A stretch of 64,000 nucleotides of DNA from a virus. Lineage: Duplodnaviria > Caudoviricetes. Where the stretch lies: IMG/VR virus record IMGVR_UViG_3300037067_027643, positions 96,001 to 160,000 of that record; one strand, given 5' to 3'. Positions 37,875 through 47,116 of this stretch are shown piece after piece. The notes below the pieces were generated by a model. The model searched no databases. It was not told the DNA's origin and saw only the letters and a list, made by a program, of their open reading frames with translations. The position numbers and the translations under genes are program-made. Positions within the stretch are counted from its first letter, which is position 1; each line of letters opens with the position of its first letter.

Positions 37875-39638
37875 ATGAGTTCCATCCCAAAGTACAAAAT
37901 TTTTACACTCAACAATCTTGTTTTAGAAGATATGATAGGTTATAAACCTAAATATCATGCTTGTTATCAATATATGATACATACTCTAATTCAAAAAAAT
38001 ATTAATTTTAGGAATCAATCTACATTAAACTGGGTTCCTCTTAATATGAAAGTATTAAAATCAATATTTGAAGTTGATAAATCAACAGTAAATAATATAA
38101 TAAAAACTCTTACAAATAATAATATTCTACATAGAGTTGGAACACCTATTCCGGGAGTTCATAGTTATTCTTATGTATTCAACCAAGAACAAAATCACAA
38201 TTACTCTTTTAATGGAAATATAGATAATATTTATTTTATCAAAAGAATAAAACAGTTTGAAAAAACAAGACAAAAACAACGAGTAAAACCAATTAAAAAT
38301 TATAATCAAATATTCAACGCTACAAAAAAAGTTGTATGTGATTTTAAAAAAATGGACACTTTTGTCAACATGATAAGAAATGAAAATGTCAAAGCACAAT
38401 TTCAATACGCAGTTGACAAACTTAAAAAAAGAGATTATTATTTAGTCAAAGATAAAAATGGAAGAATTCATACCAATTTTACAAATTTAAGCAAAGATCT
38501 TCTATATTATACCGACACAGGTTACTTCGATGACTGTGCAAATTCACAACCTCTTTTGCTAAGTCAATTCGTAATATCCTATATTCAAAAGTATGAATCA
38601 ACATCGTCAAATGAAGTAGTCGTCAATGAATCTAATGATACATATATATATAATAGTGATTTTTCCGAAAAAAATGATGAAAATCAAAATCCAGATTTTG
38701 AAAATAATATATATAATAATATAGTATCTTATGGGTTGAATCCTAGTGGTAACTATAAGACTGATAACGGATTACAAATCTGGAATATCACACAGAATTT
38801 ACCACAAGATGTGTTAGATTTTCAAGAAAATTGTAAGACTGGAAAATTTTGGGACGACATTTTATATCATTTTAAAAGTGAAAGTAGAGAAACAGTAAAA
38901 ACAAAAACATTTGCTTCAGTTTTATATGGAGAAGCATATTATGAAAGTAAGTATAAAGACTATTTTAAATTGAAATATCCAAATGTATTAAGAATAGTTG
39001 AAGAAGATAAACAACGAAACGGATATAAGCATATAAGTAATGTTATGCAAAAAATGGAGAGTAAATTGTGGATTGAAACAATTTGTAAAAAATTGCATAA
39101 TAGAGGAATATTTAATTTCTATCCTGTACACGATAGTATTAATTTCTTTGGAGAAATGACAGAAGAAAAAAAACAAATAGCAGAAAAAATAATCAAGATG
39201 AGTTATAAAAAAATGTTTGGAATAGAATGTACACTACATTCAGGAGAATTTAAAAATCATTTAAATTCAGATTATACTTATTCATTTACAAATGCGTTAG
39301 GAATTAATTTTACGTATGAAAAAGATGATGAGTATGTTACTTTAACAGATCAAAATACCGTTACATATCTAACAGGTAGTAAAAAGAAAAAAGAATCTAA
39401 ATTAGATAGGATTCGGGTTAAGAAAACAGTCTTAGGTAGCGTATTAAAAAATTTAGTAGAAAATTGTAATAATGTAAATGCAATAGATGCTATTGGCTAT
39501 CATACATTTGGAGAGCTAATTAACTGTCAAATAAATGATTTTGAAGAAGAATATATGAAATATTTTTGTACTCAGTTACATAATAACGCAATAAATATAA
39601 ATTCAAATTCAAAGAAATTTCAACCTCTCAAAAAATAA
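37875..39638 (+). CDS. superfamily-A polymerase-like protein (TV-Pol/primase-polymerase-like), no exonuclease domain seen
   Basis: GRIHT, motif A DCANSQP, motif B R..VK....VLYG, Q..ES, motif C PVHDSI. Confidence 0.65.
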   Translation: MSSIPKYKIFTLNNLVLEDMIGYKPKYHACYQYMIHTLIQKNINFRNQSTLNWVPLNMKVLKSIFEVDKSTVNNIIKTLTNNNILHRVGTPIPGVHSYSYVFNQEQNHNYSFNGNIDNIYFIKRIKQFEKTRQKQRVKPIKNYNQIFNATKKVVCDFKKMDTFVNMIRNENVKAQFQYAVDKLKKRDYYLVKDKNGRIHTNFTNLSKDLLYYTDTGYFDDCANSQPLLLSQFVISYIQKYESTSSNEVVVNESNDTYIYNSDFSEKNDENQNPDFENNIYNNIVSYGLNPSGNYKTDNGLQIWNITQNLPQDVLDFQENCKTGKFWDDILYHFKSESRETVKTKTFASVLYGEAYYESKYKDYFKLKYPNVLRIVEEDKQRNGYKHISNVMQKMESKLWIETICKKLHNRGIFNFYPVHDSINFFGEMTEEKKQIAEKIIKMSYKKMFGIECTLHSGEFKNHLNSDYTYSFTNALGINFTYEKDDEYVTLTDQNTVTYLTGSKKKKESKLDRIRVKKTVLGSVLKNLVENCNNVNAIDAIGYHTFGELINCQINDFEEEYMKYFCTQLHNNAININSNSKKFQPLKK

Positions 39639-39689
39639 TTTAAAATTTTTTAACTATTTATTTTAAATTATTCATTTAATTTTAAAATT

Positions 39690-40433
39690 ATGGGAAAAAG
39701 AAGAATGAAATCAATTTTTGATGAAGACGAAGAATTATTAATTAACACAGTGAAATTGAAGAAGTTAACAGACAGTGAATTAAAAGTCAAACATATTAAA
39801 ATTAAACACAAAAACGAACATCAAAAACAATTTACAAAGCTAATAGAAGACAATCAGATTACAATCTGTAAGGGTCCGGCAGGCACAGGTAAGAGCTTCC
39901 TTAGCATTGCTAAGGCATTTGAAATAATACAAGATGAAAGTCAACCACAACGTAAGATATTTTTAATTACTCCTGCTGTAGAAGCCGAAGAAAAAATAGG
40001 GTTTTTACCCGGAGATATGCTGGAAAAGCTTTATCCATACTTGTATTCGACATATTATATTATTGATATACTTATTGGAACAGAAACAAGAAAGAAATTA
40101 ATAGACAATGGTACAATAGAACCAATAGCTATAGGATTTCTTAGAGGTGTAAATATTGACAATGCTGTATTAATATGTGAAGAAGCTCAAAATACTTCTG
40201 TAACTACTATGTTAACTTTACTTACTAGAATTGGATTTAATAGTAAATTTATTATTTCTGGTGATATTGAACAAATTGATAATAAAGCAATAAGAACTGT
40301 TAAAGAAAGTGGTTTGGATTATGCTTATAACAATTTAGGTAGTATAGATGGAATTGGAAGATTTGAATTTATTAATGAAGATATTATAAGAAATAAATTA
40401 ATTTCAAAAATTTTAGAAAGATTTAAAAAATAA
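39690..40433 (+). CDS. phoH: PhoH family ATPase
   Basis: GPAGTGKS, GFLPGD..EK, LRG, EEAQN, LTRIG, GD.EQ.D, IIRN. Confidence 0.95.
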   Translation: MGKRRMKSIFDEDEELLINTVKLKKLTDSELKVKHIKIKHKNEHQKQFTKLIEDNQITICKGPAGTGKSFLSIAKAFEIIQDESQPQRKIFLITPAVEAEEKIGFLPGDMLEKLYPYLYSTYYIIDILIGTETRKKLIDNGTIEPIAIGFLRGVNIDNAVLICEEAQNTSVTTMLTLLTRIGFNSKFIISGDIEQIDNKAIRTVKESGLDYAYNNLGSIDGIGRFEFINEDIIRNKLISKILERFKK

Positions 40434-40468
40434 TTTGGATAATGTCAAAATAATTTTGTATATTAAAA
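40434..40468 (+). promoter_or_regulatory. TTTG + AAATAATTTTGTATATTAAAA box (copy 3 of 3)
   Basis: Exact 21-nt match. Confidence 0.55.
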
Positions 40469-40472
40469 ATAT

Positions 40473-40697
40473 TAAAAAATAAATAATAACTATTAAATAA
40501 TAACAGATAACTATTAACAATTGAAAATTAACAGATTAACTAATGAATAATAAACAGTAACAATTAAAAAATAACAAACGACGATTAAATAATGACAAAT
40601 AACAAATAACAAATAACTATTAAAAAGTAACTATTACCTAGTAACAAATGAATGATGACAATTAAAAATTAATTATTAACTATTAAATGATAACAAA
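40473..40697 (+). repeat. degenerate heptamer tandem array (about 32 units, T(A/G)A-led, e.g. TAACAAA, TAACTAT, TGACAAT)
   Basis: 7-nt phase kept throughout except a 1-nt insertion at 40536. Confidence 0.85.
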
Positions 40698-41020
40698 TGA
40701 TCAGAAAAATTAAATCCTTAACAAGACAGGAAGAACTTATAAGATATAAGAATGCAGTAAAGAAACAATTTCCAAATGCTGTTATAAAACAATATCATGA
40801 TAAATATTATGTTGAAGACGGAGAAGGAAATAAAATTAAATCAAAAGATTTTGATGTAAGTAATTCAAATACTGTATTTGGAGCTTGGAAACAGGCTAAA
40901 CTTATATTACAAAACATTCCTATTATAGAAAGAAATTTTTATAAATTTAGTGATGATAAGATTTATGATAGTTTTGTTAGGATAAAACCAGATAAGAACA
41001 GTAAATTAGATAAAGATTAA
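40697..41020 (+). CDS. hypothetical protein flanked by heptamer arrays
   Basis: 107-aa ORF whose start and stop codons overlap array units. Confidence 0.7.
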   Translation: MIRKIKSLTRQEELIRYKNAVKKQFPNAVIKQYHDKYYVEDGEGNKIKSKDFDVSNSNTVFGAWKQAKLILQNIPIIERNFYKFSDDKIYDSFVRIKPDKNSKLDKD

Positions 41021-41108
41021 CAAATGACAATTAAATAGTAACAGATAGCAAATAAATAATAATTATTGAACATTGACAAATAACAATTGAAAATTGAAAA
41101 TTAACTAA
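41018..41108 (+). repeat. degenerate heptamer tandem array (13 units)
   Basis: TAACAAA TGACAAT TAAATAG TAACAGA TAGCAAA TAAATAA TAATTAT TGAACAT TGACAAA TAACAAT TGAAAAT TGAAAAT TAACTAA. Confidence 0.85.
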
Positions 41109-41160
41109 ATAAACTAATATGATAAAAGAGTAATAGTAATAATATTTGGTGGAGATTGAT

Positions 41161-41871
41161 ATGGCTGTAGTAAATAACAACGTAAAACAACAAAAAACTA
41201 TTGTGAGTATTCCTATTAAGTACACAGATCTTTACAATCTGGATAAACTTAAAGAAATAGTAGAAAATCATACTAATATCAATAAAGCTAATGTTACTGT
41301 TAAAAATGAACCTAATGTAACAAATAACAATAATAGTATTGATATACATACTCCAATAGAAGATGAATTAATGGATGTATATCAACAGACTTGGATGGAT
41401 TTAAGATATAAATATCTTTTTGATAATCAGTTTGAATTATATGTCATTTGGATGGATTGTGTTGAAGAACATTTTATGGATATCTATTTTACAAGATTAG
41501 AAGATGATACTTTAACTGAATTTGATATTAAAAATAATGTAGATTATGATAATATTTGGTATCATTATTGTGAGTGTGGTAAAAATATCGATAATTTTTT
41601 CAAATGGATAAATTCGCCAAGTGAAGTAGAAGATAGTAAACCAGTTCAATTATCAATATCGGATATTTATACATTAATAGATTCAAAAATATCACAGTTA
41701 CCTAATTTTAGTATTATTACACCAAGGTATGTTATTTTAGTAGCTAAGTCAGCAAAACAAATTATTGAATTAAAAGGAAAGGTAATATTACCTAAAGATG
41801 TAACTTGTAGAGATACAATATATCATCATAAAAAAGAAGGTAATTTATTTGTTTCTATAATTGATTATTAA
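41161..41871 (+). CDS. hypothetical protein (probable ATG start 41161)
   Basis: Long ORF in plus-strand operon. Confidence 0.6.
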   Translation: MAVVNNNVKQQKTIVSIPIKYTDLYNLDKLKEIVENHTNINKANVTVKNEPNVTNNNNSIDIHTPIEDELMDVYQQTWMDLRYKYLFDNQFELYVIWMDCVEEHFMDIYFTRLEDDTLTEFDIKNNVDYDNIWYHYCECGKNIDNFFKWINSPSEVEDSKPVQLSISDIYTLIDSKISQLPNFSIITPRYVILVAKSAKQIIELKGKVILPKDVTCRDTIYHHKKEGNLFVSIIDY

Positions 41872-42127
41872 CATTATGAAAACTTATAATATAGAATATG
41901 AAATTGATCAAGAGGTATATGTAAATGTATTTAAATCAATTTTATTTGGAACGATACAAGGTATTAATATTGATGATAGAAAATATAATAAAGATAATAG
42001 AAAAATAATAATACAATATTATGTAAATTTTCATAATGGTAATCATTCCTCTTTTATGAATTCATATAGTCCAAGTGATATAGCTTTAACTAAAGAAGAA
42101 TTAATAGAAAAACTTAAACAAAATTAA
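41861..42127 (+). CDS. hypothetical protein
   Basis: ORF in operon. Confidence 0.55.
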   Translation: MIINIMKTYNIEYEIDQEVYVNVFKSILFGTIQGINIDDRKYNKDNRKIIIQYYVNFHNGNHSSFMNSYSPSDIALTKEELIEKLKQN

Positions 42128-42319
42128 ATTATAAAAAGTGAAGAAATTTAAATTTCAAAAACCATTTATTTCTTTAAAATTTGATGATAATTATACAAAT
42201 AAATCATTAAAAGAAAGATGGAAAATTGCATTACATGATCCAGCATATTTAGTATTAACATGTATTGCTATTACATCATTAATTATCGCAATAATAAATT
42301 ATTATAAATAAAAAATTAA

Positions 42320-42496
42320 ATGAGATACAAACAATTAGTAGTAAATGACATAGAGAAAGCAGATCAACTTTGTCTAAGTCTAATCAACGGAATGAGTACA
42401 AATGTTATCAACCGTGAAAAAGCATTAGATTTGCTTAATAAATTAAAATACTTTATTGAACAAGCTAAAGAAAAAGTAGATTTAGAATCCGATTAA
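42320..42496 (+). CDS. small helical hypothetical protein (58 aa, absent from ORF track)
   Basis: MRYKQLVVNDIEKADQLCLSLINGMSTNVINREKALDLLNKLKYFIEQAKEKVDLESD. Confidence 0.55.
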   Translation: MRYKQLVVNDIEKADQLCLSLINGMSTNVINREKALDLLNKLKYFIEQAKEKVDLESD

Positions 42497-42521
42497 AAAA
42501 TAAATAATTGGAAATTACAAT

Positions 42522-43640
42522 TTGAAAAATTATAAATATTTAACTCTTATTGTTGGTATTCTTATTGCTAGTTGTACTGCTTACTTTTCTATATTTGGTT
42601 TAACTAAAACATTTGGAGCGGCAGTTATACCAGTAATGTTGATGGGTATAACTATAGAACTAGGTAAGATTATTTTAGTTGGGTATTTATCTTTTGTTTG
42701 GGATCGATTAAAATGGATAAGAAGGATAGTTCATTTAATATTGATTTCTATATTAATGGTTATCACTTCTGTTGGTATATATTGTTTTTTAAGTAATGCA
42801 TACCAGTTAACAGCAAATAAAATTGAATTAGCCTCTCAAAAGAATCAAATAATAAACACTAAAAAATTAACTTATCAAGATCAATTAAATAGATTTACCA
42901 ATGATATTAAAATTAAACAAGATAGACTATTAACACTTTCAAATCTAAGAAATGATCAAGAAACTAGGTTAACTAATGAAAAATATTCGATTAGAAAATT
43001 TGCTGCTAATAGTATTACAAATTGTGATGTTCAAATATTATCAATTCAAAAAACATTAGATTCATTAAATACAAAGGTATCTACAATCAATGATAGTATT
43101 GCTAGTTATGATATTCAAATAATAAATAATGAACAGGAAAGTACACGAGGAAATGAAATAGGTCCACTTAAATATTTATCTCGATTATTAAATGTTGAGA
43201 TGAATAAGATAGTGAACTGGATGATATTATTATTAATATTTGTATTTGACCCATTAGCAGTTGTTTTAATCGTAGCTTCAAATCATACTAGTAAATTAAT
43301 TAATAATGAAAAAAAGAAAGTAGTAATAGAAGATAAAGAACTAATTAAAGAAGATATTAATAATGTTAATACTATTACTGAACAACCAAAAATCGAACCA
43401 AGTAAACCTAAAAAAACTAGTTTCAAAGATTTAAAAATAAAAGATGATTTTGTTCTAAATAATTTTCATAAGAAAAAAGTAAAAGAAGTTGTTAATGCAG
43501 AAGATATTAAAATAGATGATGAAGTAATAGAACAACCAGTAATAAATGAGGTAAAACAACAAACTATTACTAATAATGGTAACTGGCCAGGAAAAATGAT
43601 TGAAGTGCATCCACACGATGGAGGAATAAGCGTAAAATGA
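42522..43640 (+). CDS. membrane-anchored coiled-coil protein
   Basis: Three N-terminal TM helices, long coiled coil, TM IFVFDPLAV. Confidence 0.7.
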   Translation: MKNYKYLTLIVGILIASCTAYFSIFGLTKTFGAAVIPVMLMGITIELGKIILVGYLSFVWDRLKWIRRIVHLILISILMVITSVGIYCFLSNAYQLTANKIELASQKNQIINTKKLTYQDQLNRFTNDIKIKQDRLLTLSNLRNDQETRLTNEKYSIRKFAANSITNCDVQILSIQKTLDSLNTKVSTINDSIASYDIQIINNEQESTRGNEIGPLKYLSRLLNVEMNKIVNWMILLLIFVFDPLAVVLIVASNHTSKLINNEKKKVVIEDKELIKEDINNVNTITEQPKIEPSKPKKTSFKDLKIKDDFVLNNFHKKKVKEVVNAEDIKIDDEVIEQPVINEVKQQTITNNGNWPGKMIEVHPHDGGISVK

Positions 43641-43765
43641 AAGACACAATTAAACAAAATTTAGAAATTGTTAAAATAGTTAAAGAAGCTAGTAAAAATT
43701 TACATCATAAAAAATGGAATGGGAAAATAATGAAAATACCCAAATTAATTTCAAAATAAATAAAA

Positions 43766-44041
43766 ATGGAAATTTTAAATTTTCTAGTACATTTTGACGG
43801 AGGAACAATAGAAATAGTGACCAACGAAGGAAGTTATTGTTTTGATGGAAGAACTAAATCAAAAACTAAAGGTAGATTATATTATGGATATCCCAAAAAA
43901 GATAATAGTAATTTAATCGAAAATTACATAGAACTTGAAGTGGATATAGTTAATGCCTTAGAAGAATATAATAATAAAATTGGTTTTGATACAGACCAAA
44001 TTAACTATTATTTAAAAAACAAACAAAATAAAAATAAATAA
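43766..44041 (+). CDS. hypothetical protein
   Basis: ORF in operon. Confidence 0.55.
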   Translation: MEILNFLVHFDGGTIEIVTNEGSYCFDGRTKSKTKGRLYYGYPKKDNSNLIENYIELEVDIVNALEEYNNKIGFDTDQINYYLKNKQNKNK

Positions 44042-44674
44042 ATGGATTTAAAAGATATAGAAAAAACAACATTACTACCGTATAAAGAAGTATTATCAAC
44101 TCAAAGTCAATTAGTAACAGATGTATATGTCGGTATAACAGTAGCACATCAATTATTTAAAGTATTAGATACTTGTACATCTGCTAAATTTCTATCGGCT
44201 AATCAACTTGGAATAAATTTTTCTGTTGGGGTAATCAATGTAAGAGAACCATTGTATTTTATTAATCCAAAAATAATTGATACATTTGGTTTACAATTTG
44301 ATTATATAGAAGGAGATAATAGCTTACCAGGAGAAATAATTGAAACAATGCGATTTGGTAGAATATTAGTATCAGCTATGAACTTTAAAAATCCTATTTG
44401 GTTCGGAGTAAAACAAGATCAAACACATTTATTATACTCTGATAAAATAGCAAGAACTCATCCAGTTGTAGAAGAATGTATAGCTATTCAACACATGATA
44501 GATAATATAAATGGAATATCTGTTTATAATAGAAACGCTGAATACAGTTATAAAAATAAACCAGAACATCACAGAAATGAAGTTGTTACATTAGTAAAAG
44601 ATAATGAAACAATGAAAATCAAATATAAAAAAGCTAAAACATTTATTGATGACGGTTGGTCAATTAAAAATTAA
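44042..44674 (+). CDS. peptide deformylase-like protein, catalytic motifs degenerate
   Basis: LSANQLG, INPKII, EGDNSLPG (for EGCLS), IQHMIDNING (for QHExDHLxG). Confidence 0.75.
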   Translation: MDLKDIEKTTLLPYKEVLSTQSQLVTDVYVGITVAHQLFKVLDTCTSAKFLSANQLGINFSVGVINVREPLYFINPKIIDTFGLQFDYIEGDNSLPGEIIETMRFGRILVSAMNFKNPIWFGVKQDQTHLLYSDKIARTHPVVEECIAIQHMIDNINGISVYNRNAEYSYKNKPEHHRNEVVTLVKDNETMKIKYKKAKTFIDDGWSIKN

Positions 44675-44685
44675 ATAAATAACTC

Positions 44686-45282
44686 ATGACAGAAGAATTA
44701 GGAAAAGACATTACTAGTATAGAAGACTCCAGCATTTTATTTGATATTTATGTTAAAGAAGCAGATTTTGGAATAGATATTGTTAGAAGACTTATTTATT
44801 TTTCAGGTGATATTACAGATGAATCTTCTGAATATATTATTAAAAGAATTAATATACTATTAAATTATGATCCAACCAAAGATATTACTATTATAACAAA
44901 CTCAGGAGGAGGAGATGTTTATGATGCTTTAGGAGTAATAGATTTTATGGAATCAATATTACCTGTCAAAATAAATAGTTTAACTTATACCAAAGTAATG
45001 AGTGGAGCTGCTTATATGTTATGCGCTTCTACTGGAAAAAGAACTTTATCTAAACGTGCTACTATTATGTTACATGGAATTTCTATTGAACATTCATCTA
45101 TGAAAACCACTGATGCAACTAATACAACTAAGCATGTAAAATTATTACAAAAATCTATAATAGATTTATTAACCGAACATAGTAATAAATCAAAAACATT
45201 TTGGAAACATAAATTAGAAAATGATTTTATATTAACAGCCGAAGAAGCATTGAAATATGAATTAATTGATGAAATAATTTAA
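44686..45282 (+). CDS. clpP: ClpP-like serine protease
   Basis: RLIYFSGDI, NSGGGDV, VMSGA (Ser), IMLH (His), LTAEEALKYELIDEI. Confidence 0.85.
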   Translation: MTEELGKDITSIEDSSILFDIYVKEADFGIDIVRRLIYFSGDITDESSEYIIKRINILLNYDPTKDITIITNSGGGDVYDALGVIDFMESILPVKINSLTYTKVMSGAAYMLCASTGKRTLSKRATIMLHGISIEHSSMKTTDATNTTKHVKLLQKSIIDLLTEHSNKSKTFWKHKLENDFILTAEEALKYELIDEII

Positions 45283-45305
45283 ACCTACAAGAACCAGATT
45301 AAACA

Positions 45306-45632
45306 ATGTTAACATATATCTTAATTTACACACCAATTTCTATTGCTATAATAATCTTATTAATTTATGGATTAAAAAACATTACTAAAAAACATGAAAA
45401 TTTAGAAAGATATATTTTAAAACAAAATGGATTATTTGAATCATTAAAATATATTGTTGATATGTCTGATAAAAAAATTCATGAATTAGATGTAAGACAA
45501 ACATTTGAAAGTGATGATGAAGTAGGTACTTTTTTTAAAAATGTAAAAGAAATTCAAAGACAATTAAATAACTATTTTGAACTAGAACAAACAAATCCGG
45601 ATGAGAATAAACCAAAAGCAAAAACTTACTAA
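45306..45632 (+). CDS. single-pass membrane protein
   Basis: N-terminal TM, FESDDEVGTFF. Confidence 0.6.
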   Translation: MLTYILIYTPISIAIIILLIYGLKNITKKHENLERYILKQNGLFESLKYIVDMSDKKIHELDVRQTFESDDEVGTFFKNVKEIQRQLNNYFELEQTNPDENKPKAKTY

Positions 45633-46473
45633 AAAGACGACTGTTTCTAAAAACAGCGATACTACTAAACCAACCACAAAAAAAATAAATAATATCACTA
45701 CTACCAAAAGAAATTATTTTACAATTGAAACACAAAGAGCAATTCTAAATTACAATAAATCTAATAATGAAAATATTAGAAATGAATTGTATATGAAATT
45801 CATTAAAAATGCGTTTGAAGAAATAGTAAGACAACTAATTCATAAAGGTGGTTATGATAAAGTTCCTAATATTAATTTAGCTGAATTAAAAAGTGATTCA
45901 ATACATTACTTATTAGAACAAATGCATTTATATAGGGAAGAAAAAGGAAAAGCATTTTCTTATTTTACTTATATATGTAGAAATTTTTTAATGACATGTT
46001 CAAAAGAAAGATATAAAAAAATAATAACAGAAACAGAAATTGAATATGTTGATTATAATAGAAATATAATAAATGAAAGAGATAAAGAAATAGTCGATAG
46101 TACAATTTCTATTTTTATGGACGCTTTTGTAAATCATATTGACACTAATATAGATTATTATTTTGATAGAAAAGAAGATCATGCTATTGTATATGCTATA
46201 TTAACTATTCTTACTAATAGAATTAAATTAGAAGATTTTAATAAAAAAGCATTATATATTATGATTAGAGAGATGACAAATGCTAAAACTATCGGAATTA
46301 CTAAAATTGTTAAAATAGTAAAACATTATTATTGTATTTTATATAAATTTTATCAAACACATGATTTTATTAAACGATTAGATAGTGAACATATTATATC
46401 TAATTTACCTTTACCAAGAGGAGGAAGCAACTTAGTTCCAGAAGAAAATGAATATATAGAAAATGATAACTAA
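45601..46473 (+). CDS. late-transcription sigma factor (T4 gp55-like)
   Basis: KRNYFT, AI..YN, region-2-like KGKAFSYFTYICRNFL. Confidence 0.65.
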   Translation: MRINQKQKLTKKTTVSKNSDTTKPTTKKINNITTTKRNYFTIETQRAILNYNKSNNENIRNELYMKFIKNAFEEIVRQLIHKGGYDKVPNINLAELKSDSIHYLLEQMHLYREEKGKAFSYFTYICRNFLMTCSKERYKKIITETEIEYVDYNRNIINERDKEIVDSTISIFMDAFVNHIDTNIDYYFDRKEDHAIVYAILTILTNRIKLEDFNKKALYIMIREMTNAKTIGITKIVKIVKHYYCILYKFYQTHDFIKRLDSEHIISNLPLPRGGSNLVPEENEYIENDN

Positions 46474-46484
46474 AAATTAAAGAT

Positions 46485-46778
46485 ATGCAAGAACGAGAAT
46501 ATGATAAATTTTTTGAAAACGAACCAAAATTAACTGATATAACTGATCCAAAAGCTTGGATAAATCCAAATAATGATGAATTAGAACAGTTAGTTAAAGA
46601 AAAACGTTTTGAAGAAGCTAAACAATTAATAAAAGAAAATGAAACAAGTTTTCCAGAAGATTTGAAAAATAAAATTTTAAAGTTCATTCAAGAACAAAGA
46701 CAAAAAGGAACAAGAGAAAGAACAATAAGAAGACTTGTTAAAAAGAAATTTGGAATTATTGTTTTATCAAATAACTAA
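46485..46778 (+). CDS. hypothetical protein
   Basis: ORF at end of plus-strand operon. Confidence 0.55.
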   Translation: MQEREYDKFFENEPKLTDITDPKAWINPNNDELEQLVKEKRFEEAKQLIKENETSFPEDLKNKILKFIQEQRQKGTRERTIRRLVKKKFGIIVLSNN

Positions 46779-46793
46779 CTACTTGATAATCAA

Positions 46794-47099
46794 TCACATA
46801 TCGAAGCGAATTACGAAAGTGATATCGCTATGTAAAGGTTTCTTTACTGGTTGTCCTAACTTTCCAATAATCAACAATTCACCATCTTCATTATACAATC
46901 CAATTGTAGTTATATAAGGTGAAAATTCACTATGAGTAGCAAATGGTAATATAGTTTGACTATTCATATCTCTATTCGGTCTAATAGTAGGATTTAAAGT
47001 CATGTTAAATTCACCTTCTTCAACAGTACAGAATACTTCTACCTCATAGATAGTTCTACTTGATTCTGAACGCATTATAAAATTTGGTATTACTGTCAT
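46794..47099 (-). CDS. baseplate/collar-like structural domain (C-terminal piece of a split gene)
   Basis: EFNMTLNPT...PYITTIGLYNEDGELLIIGKLGQP, paralogous to C-term of 49499..50719. Confidence 0.65.
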   Translation of the reverse strand: MTVIPNFIMRSESSRTIYEVEVFCTVEEGEFNMTLNPTIRPNRDMNSQTILPFATHSEFSPYITTIGLYNEDGELLIIGKLGQPVKKPLHSDITFVIRFDM

Positions 47100-47105
47100 C
47101 TTGTA

Positions 47106-47115
47106 TATAAATAGT
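47106..47115 (-). promoter_or_regulatory. putative late promoter 6 nt from the ATG
   Basis: ACTATTTATA-TACAAG-ATG. Confidence 0.55.
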
Positions 47116-47116
47116 T

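Noticed and set aside
40473-41108. CRISPR array for the TnpB/Cas12f-like nuclease
   Set aside because: Units are 7 nt with no 25-40-nt conserved repeat or unique spacers, and lie 3 kb from the nuclease
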